From assembly GCA_963843145.1 (NCBI GenBank), contig CAWJJC010000017.1, positions 160,001 through 224,000 on the forward strand: a DNA stretch of 64,000 nt. The letters run 5' to 3'. A model generated the notes under the pieces. The model was given only the letters and a program-made list of their open reading frames with translations, did no database searches and was not told where the DNA came from. This document shows, piece after piece, positions 30,554 to 41,894 of the stretch. The translations under genes were made by a program, and so were the position numbers. Position 1 is the first letter of the stretch. Every line of letters starts with the position of its first letter. This DNA comes from an uncultured delta proteobacterium. GTDB lineage: Bacteria; Desulfobacterota; RBG-13-43-22.

Positions 30554-31540
30554 CTAACCGCCGATTTTGGACATCTGCCGCTGGCAGCGGCCGGGAACCG
30601 AGGCGGTCTGATGGGGATGTTCTTTCGGCTTACGGGCGATGGCTTGTTGAATGATGTTTTCCAACTGCGCGTCGGAGGCCCCCTGCCGCAGGGATTCCCG
30701 GAGATCGGTCTCGTCGTCGGAAAAAATACAGGTTCGGAGCTTTCCATCGGCGGTCAGGCGCAACCGATTGCAGGACGGGCAGAAATGATGACTGATGGGG
30801 CTGATCAGCCCGATTTCGCCTCGGGCCCCGGAATACTTCCAGCGTCGGGCGGGACCATCCAACCCGTGGCCGTTCAAGGGCTCCAACGCGCCCTGGGTTT
30901 GAAGGCGGTCCAGGATTTGATCTCCCGGCAGGAATCGCTCCGTCTGGCAGCCGGTCTCCGGTCCCACGGGCATAAACTCAATGAAACGGATATGATACGG
31001 TTTTTCCCGGGAGAGGCGGCCAAAGGCCGGGATCTCGTCGTCGTTGATTCCTTTCAAAGCGACCACGTTGATCTTGATCGGCTGGAAACCGACGGCTTCG
31101 GCGGCCAGGATCCCCTGCCAGACCTGGTGGAAAAAGTCCTGTCGGGTAATTCGGGCGTACCGGCGGGGATCGAGGGAATCGAGGCTGATATTGACCCGGC
31201 GGATCCCGGCCTCCCAGATGGCCTGGGCCTGTTCGGCCAGCAGGACCCCATTGGTGGTCAGGCTGATGTCCTTTATCCCCGGGATCCGGGCCAGTTCCGC
31301 GATAAAAGGGATCACGCCCCTACGGGCCAAAGGTTCTCCGCCGGTCAGGCGGATCTTTTCGATGCCCAGGCGGACGCTTAACCGGGCCAAACGCAGGAAC
31401 TCTTCGTAGCTGAGGATATCCTCGTGGGCCAGCTTGGGCACTCCCCCCTCCGGCATGCAATAGAGACAGCGCAGGTTGCACCGGTCGGTGAGGGAGAGGC
31501 GTAGATAATTGATACGGCGATTAAAGGGATCTAATAGCAT
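30554..31540 (-). CDS. moaA: GTP 3',8-cyclase (radical SAM)
   Basis: CNLRCLYC, FCPSCNRLR and C-terminal MSKIGG. Confidence 0.97.
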   Translation of the reverse strand: MLLDPFNRRINYLRLSLTDRCNLRCLYCMPEGGVPKLAHEDILSYEEFLRLARLSVRLGIEKIRLTGGEPLARRGVIPFIAELARIPGIKDISLTTNGVLLAEQAQAIWEAGIRRVNISLDSLDPRRYARITRQDFFHQVWQGILAAEAVGFQPIKINVVALKGINDDEIPAFGRLSREKPYHIRFIEFMPVGPETGCQTERFLPGDQILDRLQTQGALEPLNGHGLDGPARRWKYSGARGEIGLISPISHHFCPSCNRLRLTADGKLRTCIFSDDETDLRESLRQGASDAQLENIIQQAIARKPKEHPHQTASVPGRCQRQMSKIGG

Positions 31541-31650
31541 AGGCGCTTATTGGTTGCATAAATATGTCTTTTTTTACATAATATCCATTTATAGAAACTC
31601 TGTCAACCGCTGTTGCTGGTTTCGCGGATCTAGAGGAAACGGAACAAACC

Positions 31651-32877
31651 ATGAAACCCTTTTTTAAAGTAAAAACCCCCGAAGAAATCTTTGAAATGTT
31701 GGAAATCTTCCCGACCTTGGGCCGGGAAACCCTGCCCTTGGGAAAGGCGCTGAACCGGGTGCTGGCTGAAGAGGTATCCTCCCCCGAAGACCTGCCCCAT
31801 TTCGCCCGGGCGACCATGGATGGCTACGCGGTTCGAGCCCGGGATACCTTCGGGGCTTCCGAGGCCATACCGGCCTTATTGACGGTCAGCGGGGAAATCA
31901 CTATGGGCCGGGAGGCCACCGTCCCGATTCGACCCGGCCAATGCGCACGCATCGCCACCGGAGGCATGCTCTCTCCCGGGGCCGACGCGGTGGTTATGAT
32001 CGAGCAGACCCAGGGGTTGGATGACCAAACCATCGAGGTCTTCAAATCGGTTTCTCCTCTGGACCACGTCATCCAAATCGGGGACGATCTCCGGCGGGGA
32101 CGGACGGTCCTCCAGGCGGGTCGACGCCTTCGCCCCCAGGATCTGGGTCTTTTAGCCGGCCTCGGGGTGCAGCAGGTCCCGGTAGTTCAACAACCCCGAG
32201 TGGCGGTCATTTCCACCGGCGACGAGATCGTCCCCTTCGATCAGCAGCCGCCCCCGGGAAAGGTCCGGGACATCAACGCCTTTACCTTACCGGCCCTGGT
32301 CCGGGAGGCCGGCGGGATCCCGGAATTTTTAGGTTTATCCCAGGATAACTTCGAAGATCTCCGGGGAAAATGCCGACAGGCCCTGGAGCATTTCGATGTG
32401 GTCCTGATTTCCGGCGGAAGTTCCGTGGGCACCCGGGACTTTTCCCTGGAGGTCATCGGCTCATTTCCGGGAGCGGAAATCCTGGCCCACGGCATTTCCA
32501 TCAGCCCTGGAAAACCCACCATCCTGGCCCGTGTCGGGCCCAAGGTCCTCTGGGGCCTGCCGGGACACACCGCCTCGGCCATGGTGGTCTTTTCCATTTT
32601 TGTCAAGCCCTGTCTGACCCGCCTGGAAGGGGAACTCCCCTCTTCGATCAAACCCGGCCTGAAGGCCCGCCTGACCCGCAACCTGGCCTCGGCCCAGGGC
32701 CGGGATGATTATATCCGGGTCGCCCTGCGACTCGGCCCCGAAGGCTGGGAAGCCGAACCGATCCTGGGAAAATCCGGGCTCATTTCCACCCTGGTCCGCT
32801 CCGATGGGTTGATCCGCATCGACCGTTTCACGGAAGGAAAAGAAAAGGGAGAATGGGTGGAAGTGCTGTTGTTTTAG
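31651..32877 (+). CDS. moeA: Molybdopterin molybdotransferase
   Basis: MDGYAV, STGDE, SGGSSVG, PGKPT and GLPG. Confidence 0.93.
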   Translation: MKPFFKVKTPEEIFEMLEIFPTLGRETLPLGKALNRVLAEEVSSPEDLPHFARATMDGYAVRARDTFGASEAIPALLTVSGEITMGREATVPIRPGQCARIATGGMLSPGADAVVMIEQTQGLDDQTIEVFKSVSPLDHVIQIGDDLRRGRTVLQAGRRLRPQDLGLLAGLGVQQVPVVQQPRVAVISTGDEIVPFDQQPPPGKVRDINAFTLPALVREAGGIPEFLGLSQDNFEDLRGKCRQALEHFDVVLISGGSSVGTRDFSLEVIGSFPGAEILAHGISISPGKPTILARVGPKVLWGLPGHTASAMVVFSIFVKPCLTRLEGELPSSIKPGLKARLTRNLASAQGRDDYIRVALRLGPEGWEAEPILGKSGLISTLVRSDGLIRIDRFTEGKEKGEWVEVLLF

Positions 32878-32996
32878 TCTGAGAATAAAAGCGAATATGG
32901 AATAACGAGATGGTCTTTCGTAGGAGGGGCGACCCCGGGCCTGATCCAGAATGACGGCCTTTTTCCAAACCAAATTAACATTTACGAGGGTAATAA

Positions 32997-34919
32997 ATGA
33001 AACGGAAAATCTACTTCGAAATGAAATCACTGGCGGAGGCCCGGAACATTTTTTTTAACTGTCTCGATTACCCTTCCCTGTTGGGGGATGAAGAAATTCC
33101 CACGACGGAAGCCCTCGGGCGCGTCCTGGCCGGACCGGTCTTTGCCCGTTTTTCCTCTCCCAATTTCCATGCCGCCGCCATGGATGGGATCGCCGTCTGG
33201 GCGGAACAAACCTTCGGAGCCAGCATTGAGCGGCCCAAAGAGCTGACGGTTGGAAAAGAAGCTTTCTGGATCAATACCGGCCATCCCCTGCCCCTCCAAA
33301 CCAACGCTGTGATCATGGTGGAAAACCTCAATCCGCTGGGTGATGACCGTCTCGAAATCCAGGCCTCCGCCTATCCCTGGCAAAACGTCCGCAAGCTGGG
33401 CGAAGATATGGTGGCCACCGAACTCCTCTTGCCCCAGGGGCACCGGATCAACGCCTACGATCTGGGGGCGCTGGTCGCCGGGGGCATATTTATGGTTTCC
33501 GTAAAAAAACGCCCCAAAGTGATCCTGATCCCAACCGGTTCCGAACTCCTGGATTGGTCTGACCTGCAGGATAAGCCTCTTCCCCCCGGGAAGGTACCCG
33601 AATTCAATACCCTGATCCTAAGCGGCCTGATTAAGGAATGCGGGGGATGCCCTGAACGCCGGGGGATCATCGCCGACCAGCCCGATAAAATTCAGTCCGT
33701 CCTGGCGGAAGCCGCAGCCTCAGACTGTCAGATGGTGATTCTGAACGCGGGGTCTTCATCGGGCAGCGAGGATTACACTTTTTCGGCCGTTCAAGCCCAG
33801 GGACAAGTCCTGGTCCACGGGGTGACTATCATGCCCGGCAAGCCAACCATTCTGGGAATCGTTCAGGGAAAACCGGTAATCGGAAATCCCGGATATCCGG
33901 TTTCAGCCACGATTTCCTTTGAACAGTTCGCCCGCCCGGTTCTATTTCAGATGCAGGGCCTGCTCCCCCCGGAGCGCAAAAAAATGACGGTTTTCCCGGC
34001 CCGTTCTTTTCCCTCCAAGCTGGGGCAGGAGGAATTTCTGCGAGTCAATCTTGGGCAGGTGGGGGAGAAAGTGATTGCCAACCCACTGCCCCGCGGGGCC
34101 GGCACCATTACCTCCTTAACCCGGGCCGATGGGATCATCCGCATCCCGGAAAACACCGAAGGACTTAACCTGAGCGAGCCGATCTCGGCTGAACTGTTGC
34201 GGGAGGAACAGGTCATCGCCCGGACGGTGGTCATCGTCGGCAGCCACGACAATACCCTGGACCTGCTGGGGAATTTCTTTACCCTCTCCTTCCCCCGTTT
34301 TCGTCTGACCTCCAGCAACGTGGGCAGCACCGGTGGTCTCATGGCCCTCAAGCGCGGGATTGCCCATCTGGCCGGCTCCCATCTGTTGGACCCGGAAAGC
34401 GGAGAATACAATATCCCCGATATCCGGCGCTTGATCCCGGACCTTCGGGTCAAAGGGGTCAATCTGGTTTATCGCCAGCAAGGCCTGATCTTGCCTAAGG
34501 GGAATGCCAAGGGGATTAAAGGCCTGGAGGATTTAACGCGCCCGGACATCGTTCTGATCAATCGTCAGGCTGGCTCCGGGACCCGGATTCTGCTTGATTT
34601 CCGTTTGAAGGCCTTGGGGATCGATCCGACGGTCATTCGGGGTTACCAGGACGAAGAGTTCACCCACATGGCCGTGGCCGTCAATATTCTCAGCGGTCGG
34701 GCCGACGTCGGGATGGGCATATACGCGGCCGCCAAAGCCCTGGACCTGGATTTCATCCCCGTGGTCCAGGAACGCTACGACCTGATCGTTGCGGAGAGGT
34801 TTTGGGAGGAAGAAAAGATTCAGGCCCTGCTGTCGGTCATCCGGTCGCAGGAATTTCAGGAAGCCGTCCGGCGATTGGGGGGGTATGAATTGACCCAGAC
34901 GGGGGAGGTTTTGTTTTAA
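32997..34919 (+). CDS. MoeA fused to a PBP/LysR-type substrate-binding domain
   Basis: MoeA motifs followed by GSHD, VGSTGGL, HLAGSHL and NRQAGSGTR. Confidence 0.93.
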   Translation: MKRKIYFEMKSLAEARNIFFNCLDYPSLLGDEEIPTTEALGRVLAGPVFARFSSPNFHAAAMDGIAVWAEQTFGASIERPKELTVGKEAFWINTGHPLPLQTNAVIMVENLNPLGDDRLEIQASAYPWQNVRKLGEDMVATELLLPQGHRINAYDLGALVAGGIFMVSVKKRPKVILIPTGSELLDWSDLQDKPLPPGKVPEFNTLILSGLIKECGGCPERRGIIADQPDKIQSVLAEAAASDCQMVILNAGSSSGSEDYTFSAVQAQGQVLVHGVTIMPGKPTILGIVQGKPVIGNPGYPVSATISFEQFARPVLFQMQGLLPPERKKMTVFPARSFPSKLGQEEFLRVNLGQVGEKVIANPLPRGAGTITSLTRADGIIRIPENTEGLNLSEPISAELLREEQVIARTVVIVGSHDNTLDLLGNFFTLSFPRFRLTSSNVGSTGGLMALKRGIAHLAGSHLLDPESGEYNIPDIRRLIPDLRVKGVNLVYRQQGLILPKGNAKGIKGLEDLTRPDIVLINRQAGSGTRILLDFRLKALGIDPTVIRGYQDEEFTHMAVAVNILSGRADVGMGIYAAAKALDLDFIPVVQERYDLIVAERFWEEEKIQALLSVIRSQEFQEAVRRLGGYELTQTGEVLF

Positions 34920-35052
34920 TGAATTGACCAGAGACGGTTTCTAAAAAATCAATCAGCCGGTTATTGTCATTCTGATCGCAATCTCAGTTGGGTTTCGCCT
35001 GATTCTACCCCCCCTGTCTTTCTCTTCCATCTCCCATCTTCCCTCTTCAAGC

Positions 35053-35517
35053 TTATCTCTGATGATAGGCCGGATGCCCCGGCTTCACGGCAAAGAAGGT
35101 CCCCCGGCAGGTGGCCGTTACCTCGCCCCGGTAGGACAGGGTGGCTTCGATCACGGCTTTGCTTTTGGTGGATTCCACCACCGTGGCCGACAATTCCACT
35201 GCGTCATCGATCGGGGTGGGCTTCAGCAGCTTGACGGCGAATTCCCCGGTGACCGTGCAGGGCGGCTGGTCCAGGCCGTTCTTAACCATCAGATGCCAGG
35301 CCGAGGTCCAGTTGGAATGGCAGTCCAGAAGCGTCCCGATGATCCCACCGCAGAGCACCCCCTCAAAGGCCTGGTGGTGCGGCTCCGCCTTCCAGCGGGC
35401 CACCACCTTGTCCCCATCCACGTAGCTTTTGATTTTCAAACCCTTTTCATTGATCGGCCCGCAGCCGAAGCAGATGCCCCGGGCGTAATACTTATCCTGA
35501 ATATTCCATTTTTCCAT
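35053..35517 (-). CDS. PaaI family thioesterase
   Basis: CFGCG.N..GL and GGIIGTLLDCH hotdog-fold motifs. Confidence 0.88.
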   Translation of the reverse strand: MEKWNIQDKYYARGICFGCGPINEKGLKIKSYVDGDKVVARWKAEPHHQAFEGVLCGGIIGTLLDCHSNWTSAWHLMVKNGLDQPPCTVTGEFAVKLLKPTPIDDAVELSATVVESTKSKAVIEATLSYRGEVTATCRGTFFAVKPGHPAYHQR

Positions 35518-35553
35518 ATCGTTGCTCCACCCTTCTCCGGTTTTGATTAGTTA

Positions 35554-35684
35554 TAGATTCATACATCCCTTGTTCTGAGAATTTGTCTCTAACAATGGAT
35601 GTATGAATCTAAAAAAAGACAATCTTTAAATCTGTTGCCGTGGTTTTTATTACAGCCAAAAATATTTCAAATATTCTTGGCTAG
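35554..35684. repeat. AT-rich double-hairpin repeat, family D copy 1
   Basis: Long palindrome around TTCTGAGAATTTGTCTCTAA plus AGCCAAAAATATTTCAAATATTCTTGGCT; second copy at 50696-50828. Confidence 0.75.
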
Positions 35685-36113
35685 GTCTTGAACAATCCCT
35701 TCTCCCTGGGCGGCTGCCATTAAACGTCGATCAAAAGTCAATAGTTTCAATTCGGGCAGATCCTCCCGGAGGCTTTTAGCGGCAGCCAGGTGCCAGAGGT
35801 CGGCTCCCCGCAGGGGATAGCGGCCGGACAACTGCCGCAAGTCCTCCTGCCGGGGGATCCCCTGCCAGGATCTCCAAGGGCCGGTTTCCAGGCTTTCCTC
35901 AGCAGCCTTTACCAGCACTTCCGCCAGCAGCCTCTCCCGGGCTATACGCCGCAATACGGCCGACACCTCCGCGTAGGCCAGGGTGGAAAGGAAATGGTAT
36001 CCCGACCGAATCGCCCATCGATGGGCCTCCCGGCTGTGGTCGTCTTTCAGGAGGGCGGACAGCACGGCCGAGGCGTCCCAATAGAGAACCGCCGACTTTT
36101 CTTCCGTCTTCAT
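35667..36113 (-). CDS. vapC: VapC family PIN-domain toxin
   Basis: YWDASA, AEV, LRGADLWHLAAA and LTFDRRL. Confidence 0.9.
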   Translation of the reverse strand: MKTEEKSAVLYWDASAVLSALLKDDHSREAHRWAIRSGYHFLSTLAYAEVSAVLRRIARERLLAEVLVKAAEESLETGPWRSWQGIPRQEDLRQLSGRYPLRGADLWHLAAAKSLREDLPELKLLTFDRRLMAAAQGEGIVQDLAKNI

Positions 36114-36403
36114 CGATTTCGGTCCTCCTGCAAGAAGCCTTGAGCCGCTCCCTCCGGAGCCGGCAGCGGCGGCGGCAAGGGTCTCCGGTTTCTTTTCGAG
36201 ACAGGACGAAGAAGCCCCTGCCCTTCCAAACGGCGGACCCTCTCTTCCAGGGGCAGGTTCTCCGATTCCAAGGGAACGATCTTGGCGATCGGGTGTCCCC
36301 GATCGGTGATGACCACCTCCCGGCCGCTTTTTACCCTCTTAAGGATCTTACTCAAGTCGATCTTGGCCTCGCGAATACCGACGCTGTTTAAAACCATAGC
36401 CAT
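36110..36403 (-). CDS. Phd/YefM family antitoxin
   Basis: VGIREAK..LS..L.RV..G.EVVITDRGHPIAKIVP; 4-nt overlap with vapC. Confidence 0.92.
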   Translation of the reverse strand: MAMVLNSVGIREAKIDLSKILKRVKSGREVVITDRGHPIAKIVPLESENLPLEERVRRLEGQGLLRPVSKRNRRPLPPPLPAPEGAAQGFLQEDRNR

Positions 36404-36636
36404 TCCCCCATAAATCATACTCATTGTAATTCTTTTTTAGATGTAGTCTGACAAAGCACAAATGTCAAGCTGAAAAGGGAAACCGGCATTCAATTCCGAT
36501 GCGACACCCGCCGGGACTTTCAAAATTTCGCCCGATCCTTAACCGAACGCCCTTCTTGACAAACAACCGGTTCTTTAGTTATCGTGACCAATGTTGAATC
36601 GTTCCTGGTAACAAGAAATGGTTGCGGAGAGGAACC

Positions 36637-37673
<1,037 letters not shown>

Positions 37674-37735
37674 AATGCTGCCTTTAGAAGGCCGGCCCCC
37701 TATCGCAAACTTATAAACGATCTCAGAACCAGTCC

Positions 37736-38564
37736 TTATCTCCAGGTAATTTTCGGCGCCCGGCGCTCGGGCAGACGAAAATATTTCGGCTTCGCGATAT
37801 CCCAACATCATGGGGTAATGGTGCGTATGGCCCTTCGGTATCCCTATAACTTCTTTGAACTCCGCCGAGGACCGCAGCGCCCCCTGAACCAACCCCGCCC
37901 AGCAGGTCCCCAGGCCCAGGGGGACGGCCGCCAGCTCCAAATAGGACAGGGCCAGGGTCACGTCCACCATGCCCGCTGGCATCCTCTTTCGGGGCGGAAG
38001 CCACCAGCAGGACCGGGGCCTCCCGGAGCACCACATCGTAACCGGCATCCCAGGCAGCAACGATCATGGGCAGATAAGCGGCCTGGGCGGGGAGAGGACT
38101 CAATTGGAGTACCGACCGCATCCAGTCCACCGTCATTCCTGCATATTCCTTAATCTTAGCCCGGTCGGTAAATACCAGCCATTCCACTACCTGGGCATTG
38201 CTGGCGGTGGGGGCATACCGGGCGACGCTCGATTAATTCTTGGATGATTTCTTTTTCCACCGGCCGGTCCTTGAAAAAACGAACGGAGCGGCGCGAGCGG
38301 AGAAACTGAACGGCCTGCTCCTCGTTGATCAACAGGTCCTTCCGGACCGGTTGACAGCTTTCCAAAAGAACCCGAGCGTGACTGAGCGCCCCGTGCGGGC
38401 AGACGGCCACGCAATGGCCGCATTGGATGCAAAGGTTCTCCCCGCCCGGAACCAATTCCGGAAAACTCTCCTTATCCTTAAGACGGATGATGGCCGTCGG
38501 GCATTCCTTGGCGCACAATCCGTCTCTTTTGCATTTTTCTCTGGTCAACAATTAGAAGTCCCAT
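37736..38564 (-). CDS. Nitroreductase with N-terminal 4Fe-4S dicluster (several frameshifts)
   Basis: CKRDGLCAKECP, CIQCGHCVAVCP, RSRRSVR and LGLGTCWAG in different frames. Confidence 0.88.
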
Positions 38565-38591
38565 TTATACCTTTCTTTAACTCCGGACGCT

Positions 38592-39533
38592 TTACCTGCC
38601 GGTTAATTCTGAACCACTCCCCGGTAAGGGTGTTCTATTCAAAAGATCAGTAACTACCTGAGCAAAGGCTTCGCCCCGGTCTTCCTGGAGGAAGTGGCCG
38701 CCCCCTTGGACGATCGTATGGGGCTGCCCCTGTGCGCCGGGTACCTTCTTCTGAAAAATTTGCTCGCCGCCCCGGGTGATGGGATCTCCGTCGCTGAAAG
38801 CGGTCAGAAAGGGCTTTTCGAAACGGGAAAGGACTCCCCAGGCCTGGCGATTGCCCGGGGCCGCCGGATCGTCCGGGGTTATGGGAACCAGGGAAGGAAA
38901 AACCCGCGCCCCTTCCTTGTAGGTTTCGTCCGGGAAGGGAGCATTGTAGGCCCTCAGTACTTCCTCCGGAAGGTCGGAGAGGGTGCCCATATTGACGATC
39001 GCGCCCACGTTGAATTCCTCAACCTCGACGGAAAACGTGCGCCACCGGAGAAAGGCCTTACTGATGGGAAATTCCCCGGTGGGCAGACCGGTATTGGCCA
39101 CCACGGCCCGGGCGAATCGTTCCGGGTGGGCCGCCAGGAGCCGCAGGCCGACCAGGCCTCCCCAATCCTGGCAGACCAGGGTGATGCGTTTCAGGTCCAC
39201 CTGTTCCAGCCAGGCCTTCATCCACTCCACGTGGCGGTTGTAGGTGTAGTCCCTGCGGTCGGCCGGTTTATCCGAACGACCGAACCCGACCAGGTCCGGG
39301 GCTACCGCCCGCTTCCCGGCCTCCAGAAAAATGGGGATCATTTTTCGGTAGAGGAATGACCAGGACGGCTCTCCATGCATCATCAGGACCGGTTCGGCAT
39401 CCTTTGGTCCTTCATCCAGATAATGAATCCGCAAGCGGCCGCCTTCCCCGTCCGGTACCATGAGGTAGTTGGGTTCATAAGGAAAGTCCGGGAGTCCGGC
39501 GAAACGTTCATCGGGGGTGCGCAGCACTTTCAT
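38592..39533 (-). CDS. Haloalkane dehalogenase
   Basis: LRTPDERF, HGEPSWS, CQDWGG nucleophile motif and GHFLQED. Confidence 0.92.
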   Translation of the reverse strand: MKVLRTPDERFAGLPDFPYEPNYLMVPDGEGGRLRIHYLDEGPKDAEPVLMMHGEPSWSFLYRKMIPIFLEAGKRAVAPDLVGFGRSDKPADRRDYTYNRHVEWMKAWLEQVDLKRITLVCQDWGGLVGLRLLAAHPERFARAVVANTGLPTGEFPISKAFLRWRTFSVEVEEFNVGAIVNMGTLSDLPEEVLRAYNAPFPDETYKEGARVFPSLVPITPDDPAAPGNRQAWGVLSRFEKPFLTAFSDGDPITRGGEQIFQKKVPGAQGQPHTIVQGGGHFLQEDRGEAFAQVVTDLLNRTPLPGSGSELTGR

Positions 39534-39555
39534 ATGGGAATCCTTTTCTTTATCT

Positions 39556-40626
39556 TTATTGGATTAATCCCCTGGTTTGCAACAGACGCATCATCTGCTC
39601 GGCGCTGGAAGCCGGCGGTACGCGCAGTTGGTTCTCGGCCTTCGGGGTCAGTTTCATCGCTCCCGAAGGGCAGGTGGTCACGCAGAGACCGCAGCCGATG
39701 CACCGGTCGAGATTCACCTGGGCCAAGCCTTCATCGTTTAGACTCAAGGCGTTCATCTGGCAACGGTCCAGGCAGGTGGAGCAACCCAGACACTCGGAGC
39801 CGTCCACTACCGCCTGATAATTGGAAAAGGCGATTTCGGCCGGCTTAGGGTGCTTGTTGAGCGCCCGGAGCACCCCGCAGCAATCCCCACAGCAGTTGCA
39901 CATGCCGGAGGGATTCTGGGAGGTAGCCGGTTGAGTGACCAGCCCGGCATCCTGGCATCGGGTCAGAATGGCAATCGCCTCCTCCACCTCGATCTTCCTT
40001 CCCATGTCCCGGTCGAGATAGTACTGTCCCATCGAACCGAACATGAAGCAGGCCTCCAGCGGTTTTCCGCAGGACTTATCCACGGTCTCGGTCCTCTTGC
40101 GGCAGATGCAGTCGGTAACCACGATCAGGTCCTTTTCCCGCAGTAGGTTTACGGCATCTTCATAGGCGGCGATATGCTGGGTGGTATCCACGGAACGTTG
40201 AATGGGGATGGTGCGCAGGAAATAGCCGCCGCTGTCCTGCATGGCCCGCTCAAAGCCTTCGTTTTCATATTGCTCCACCATGAGGGCCAGGTCCTTCGAA
40301 AGGTTCTTGACCTGGAATTCAAACACCCCGTGGACAAAAGGGATGGCGCCGTATTTGACCGTGCCCTTTTTTCCCAAACGGAACAACAACCCGCGGAGCG
40401 CCATATCCTCCAAGTGAGCGGCCACTTTTTCTACCGGCAACTCCAGTCGGGCGGCCACCGATTCCGAAGTCTCCAGCATGGGCGTCAGGGTTAAAAACAA
40501 GGCGGCATCGGCCTCAGAAAACAAACTTTTCAGGATCTTGATCTCAATCCCCGACTCGGTGGCCGGAAAACCCATAGAGTATTGATCCAGCCTTTTCTGC
40601 AAGTTTCGAAAAATATCCTCAGACAT
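39556..40626 (-). CDS. Uncharacterised 4Fe-4S protein (N-terminal HTH-like region, CxCR, CNCC, C-terminal 2x[4Fe-4S])
   Basis: CICRK, CNCCGDCCG, CLGCSTCLDRC and CIGCGLCVTTCP. Confidence 0.88.
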   Translation of the reverse strand: MSEDIFRNLQKRLDQYSMGFPATESGIEIKILKSLFSEADAALFLTLTPMLETSESVAARLELPVEKVAAHLEDMALRGLLFRLGKKGTVKYGAIPFVHGVFEFQVKNLSKDLALMVEQYENEGFERAMQDSGGYFLRTIPIQRSVDTTQHIAAYEDAVNLLREKDLIVVTDCICRKRTETVDKSCGKPLEACFMFGSMGQYYLDRDMGRKIEVEEAIAILTRCQDAGLVTQPATSQNPSGMCNCCGDCCGVLRALNKHPKPAEIAFSNYQAVVDGSECLGCSTCLDRCQMNALSLNDEGLAQVNLDRCIGCGLCVTTCPSGAMKLTPKAENQLRVPPASSAEQMMRLLQTRGLIQ

Positions 40627-40667
40627 AAAACTTCCTCCTTCGATTGAATAAACCCAATGAAAAGCTT

Positions 40668-40784
40668 TCCGGGTTGGACGCCCGCAAAGCCTGAAAATGG
40701 TTTCCTCCGAACCTTAAACCTTGGACCCTGAACCTGATACCGTGTACCTTGCGCCTTGCGCCTTGGACCCTATTTATCTACTAA
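40668..40784 (-). repeat. Family C cassette (single, degenerate) with heptamer-repeat cargo
   Basis: Minus strand TTAGTAGATAAATAG-GGTCCAAGG...AAGGTTC...-CCATTTTCAGGCTTTGCGGGCG; homologous to 42074-42205 and 51513-51637. Confidence 0.65.
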
Positions 40785-41876
40785 TCACGCGGCAGCACGA
40801 CTGGCCTTGATGGCCTCCCCCAGGGCCTTTCCATTCTTCGGGGTTTCGGGGAAGCCCGTTCTGCAGACCATGGAGATCGCCTCCGACGGGCACCCGGTCG
40901 CGCAGACGGCACAACCGAAACAGCGGTCGAGATCCACCCGGGGAGGACCCTCCTCCCCGACCAGGGAAAGGGCCTCAGCCGGGCACCGTTCCAGACAAGT
41001 CCCGCAGGCCACGCAGCTTTCCGCAGCAAAGTCCGGCTCGAAGCCGGAGTAAAAATACAGGGCGGGTTTGGGCTTGGCCAGGGCCTGTTTTACCGACACG
41101 CAGTGCCAACGGTCGCAATTGCAGATGAAGCCCACGTCTTCAGCCGTGTTCATGCTCATGTGGATCAGACCGGCTTCCTCCGCCTGGTTCAAGACTTCCC
41201 GGGCCTCCTCCTTGGTCACCTTCCGCCCGCCCAGCCTTTCAATGGCGAACTGGGCGCCCAGGCCGAACTGCATGCAGACATCCAGGGGCATCCCGTGAAT
41301 GTCTTCGTCGCGCAGGGCAGCGGCATGACGGCAGTAGCAAGTGGTGACCGCGATGGGCTCGTACTGATCGATATAGCTCTGCACCTGGTCGTAGGTATGG
41401 ACCTGATTCCCGTCCGCCACAGACCGGTCCACGGTGATAACCCGAGTTGGGGGGAAGCCGACTGCCGCCATGTCGGTTTTCTGGTCACAGGCCTTTTTAT
41501 AGGCCTGGATGAGCCGGGCGAGTTTTTTATGCCGTTCGGTCGTTTTTCCCGGCATGAATTGGAATTCCAGTATGCCGGGCATGAACCGGGCGCCGCGGTA
41601 AAATTGGACCCCATTCCTCTTGACGGCTACGCAGAGTCCTTTATCGGCCATGGACTCCAAGATCCTTTCCAGTTCCGCCTCCTCCCGGCCCACTTCCCGG
41701 GCCAGGTCCTTGGCCGTGAAAGGTCCCTTGGGCATGGCATTGTTGACCTCGGACTCCTCGGGGGTGAAGAGTTCTTCCGCCATGGCGTAGAATTCCGGGA
41801 TATCCATTCCCGAATAGCCGCCCCCGCGCTTTTTCATCACTGCCAGTAATTGCTGGTACACCTCGTGGTGGGTCAT
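40785..41876 (-). CDS. Uncharacterised 4Fe-4S protein, paralog of 39556-40626
   Basis: CYCRH, CNCDRWHC, CVACGTCLERCP and CFGCAVCATGCP. Confidence 0.88.
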   Translation of the reverse strand: MTHHEVYQQLLAVMKKRGGGYSGMDIPEFYAMAEELFTPEESEVNNAMPKGPFTAKDLAREVGREEAELERILESMADKGLCVAVKRNGVQFYRGARFMPGILEFQFMPGKTTERHKKLARLIQAYKKACDQKTDMAAVGFPPTRVITVDRSVADGNQVHTYDQVQSYIDQYEPIAVTTCYCRHAAALRDEDIHGMPLDVCMQFGLGAQFAIERLGGRKVTKEEAREVLNQAEEAGLIHMSMNTAEDVGFICNCDRWHCVSVKQALAKPKPALYFYSGFEPDFAAESCVACGTCLERCPAEALSLVGEEGPPRVDLDRCFGCAVCATGCPSEAISMVCRTGFPETPKNGKALGEAIKASRAAA

Positions 41877-41894
41877 GACAATCTCCTTAATCGT

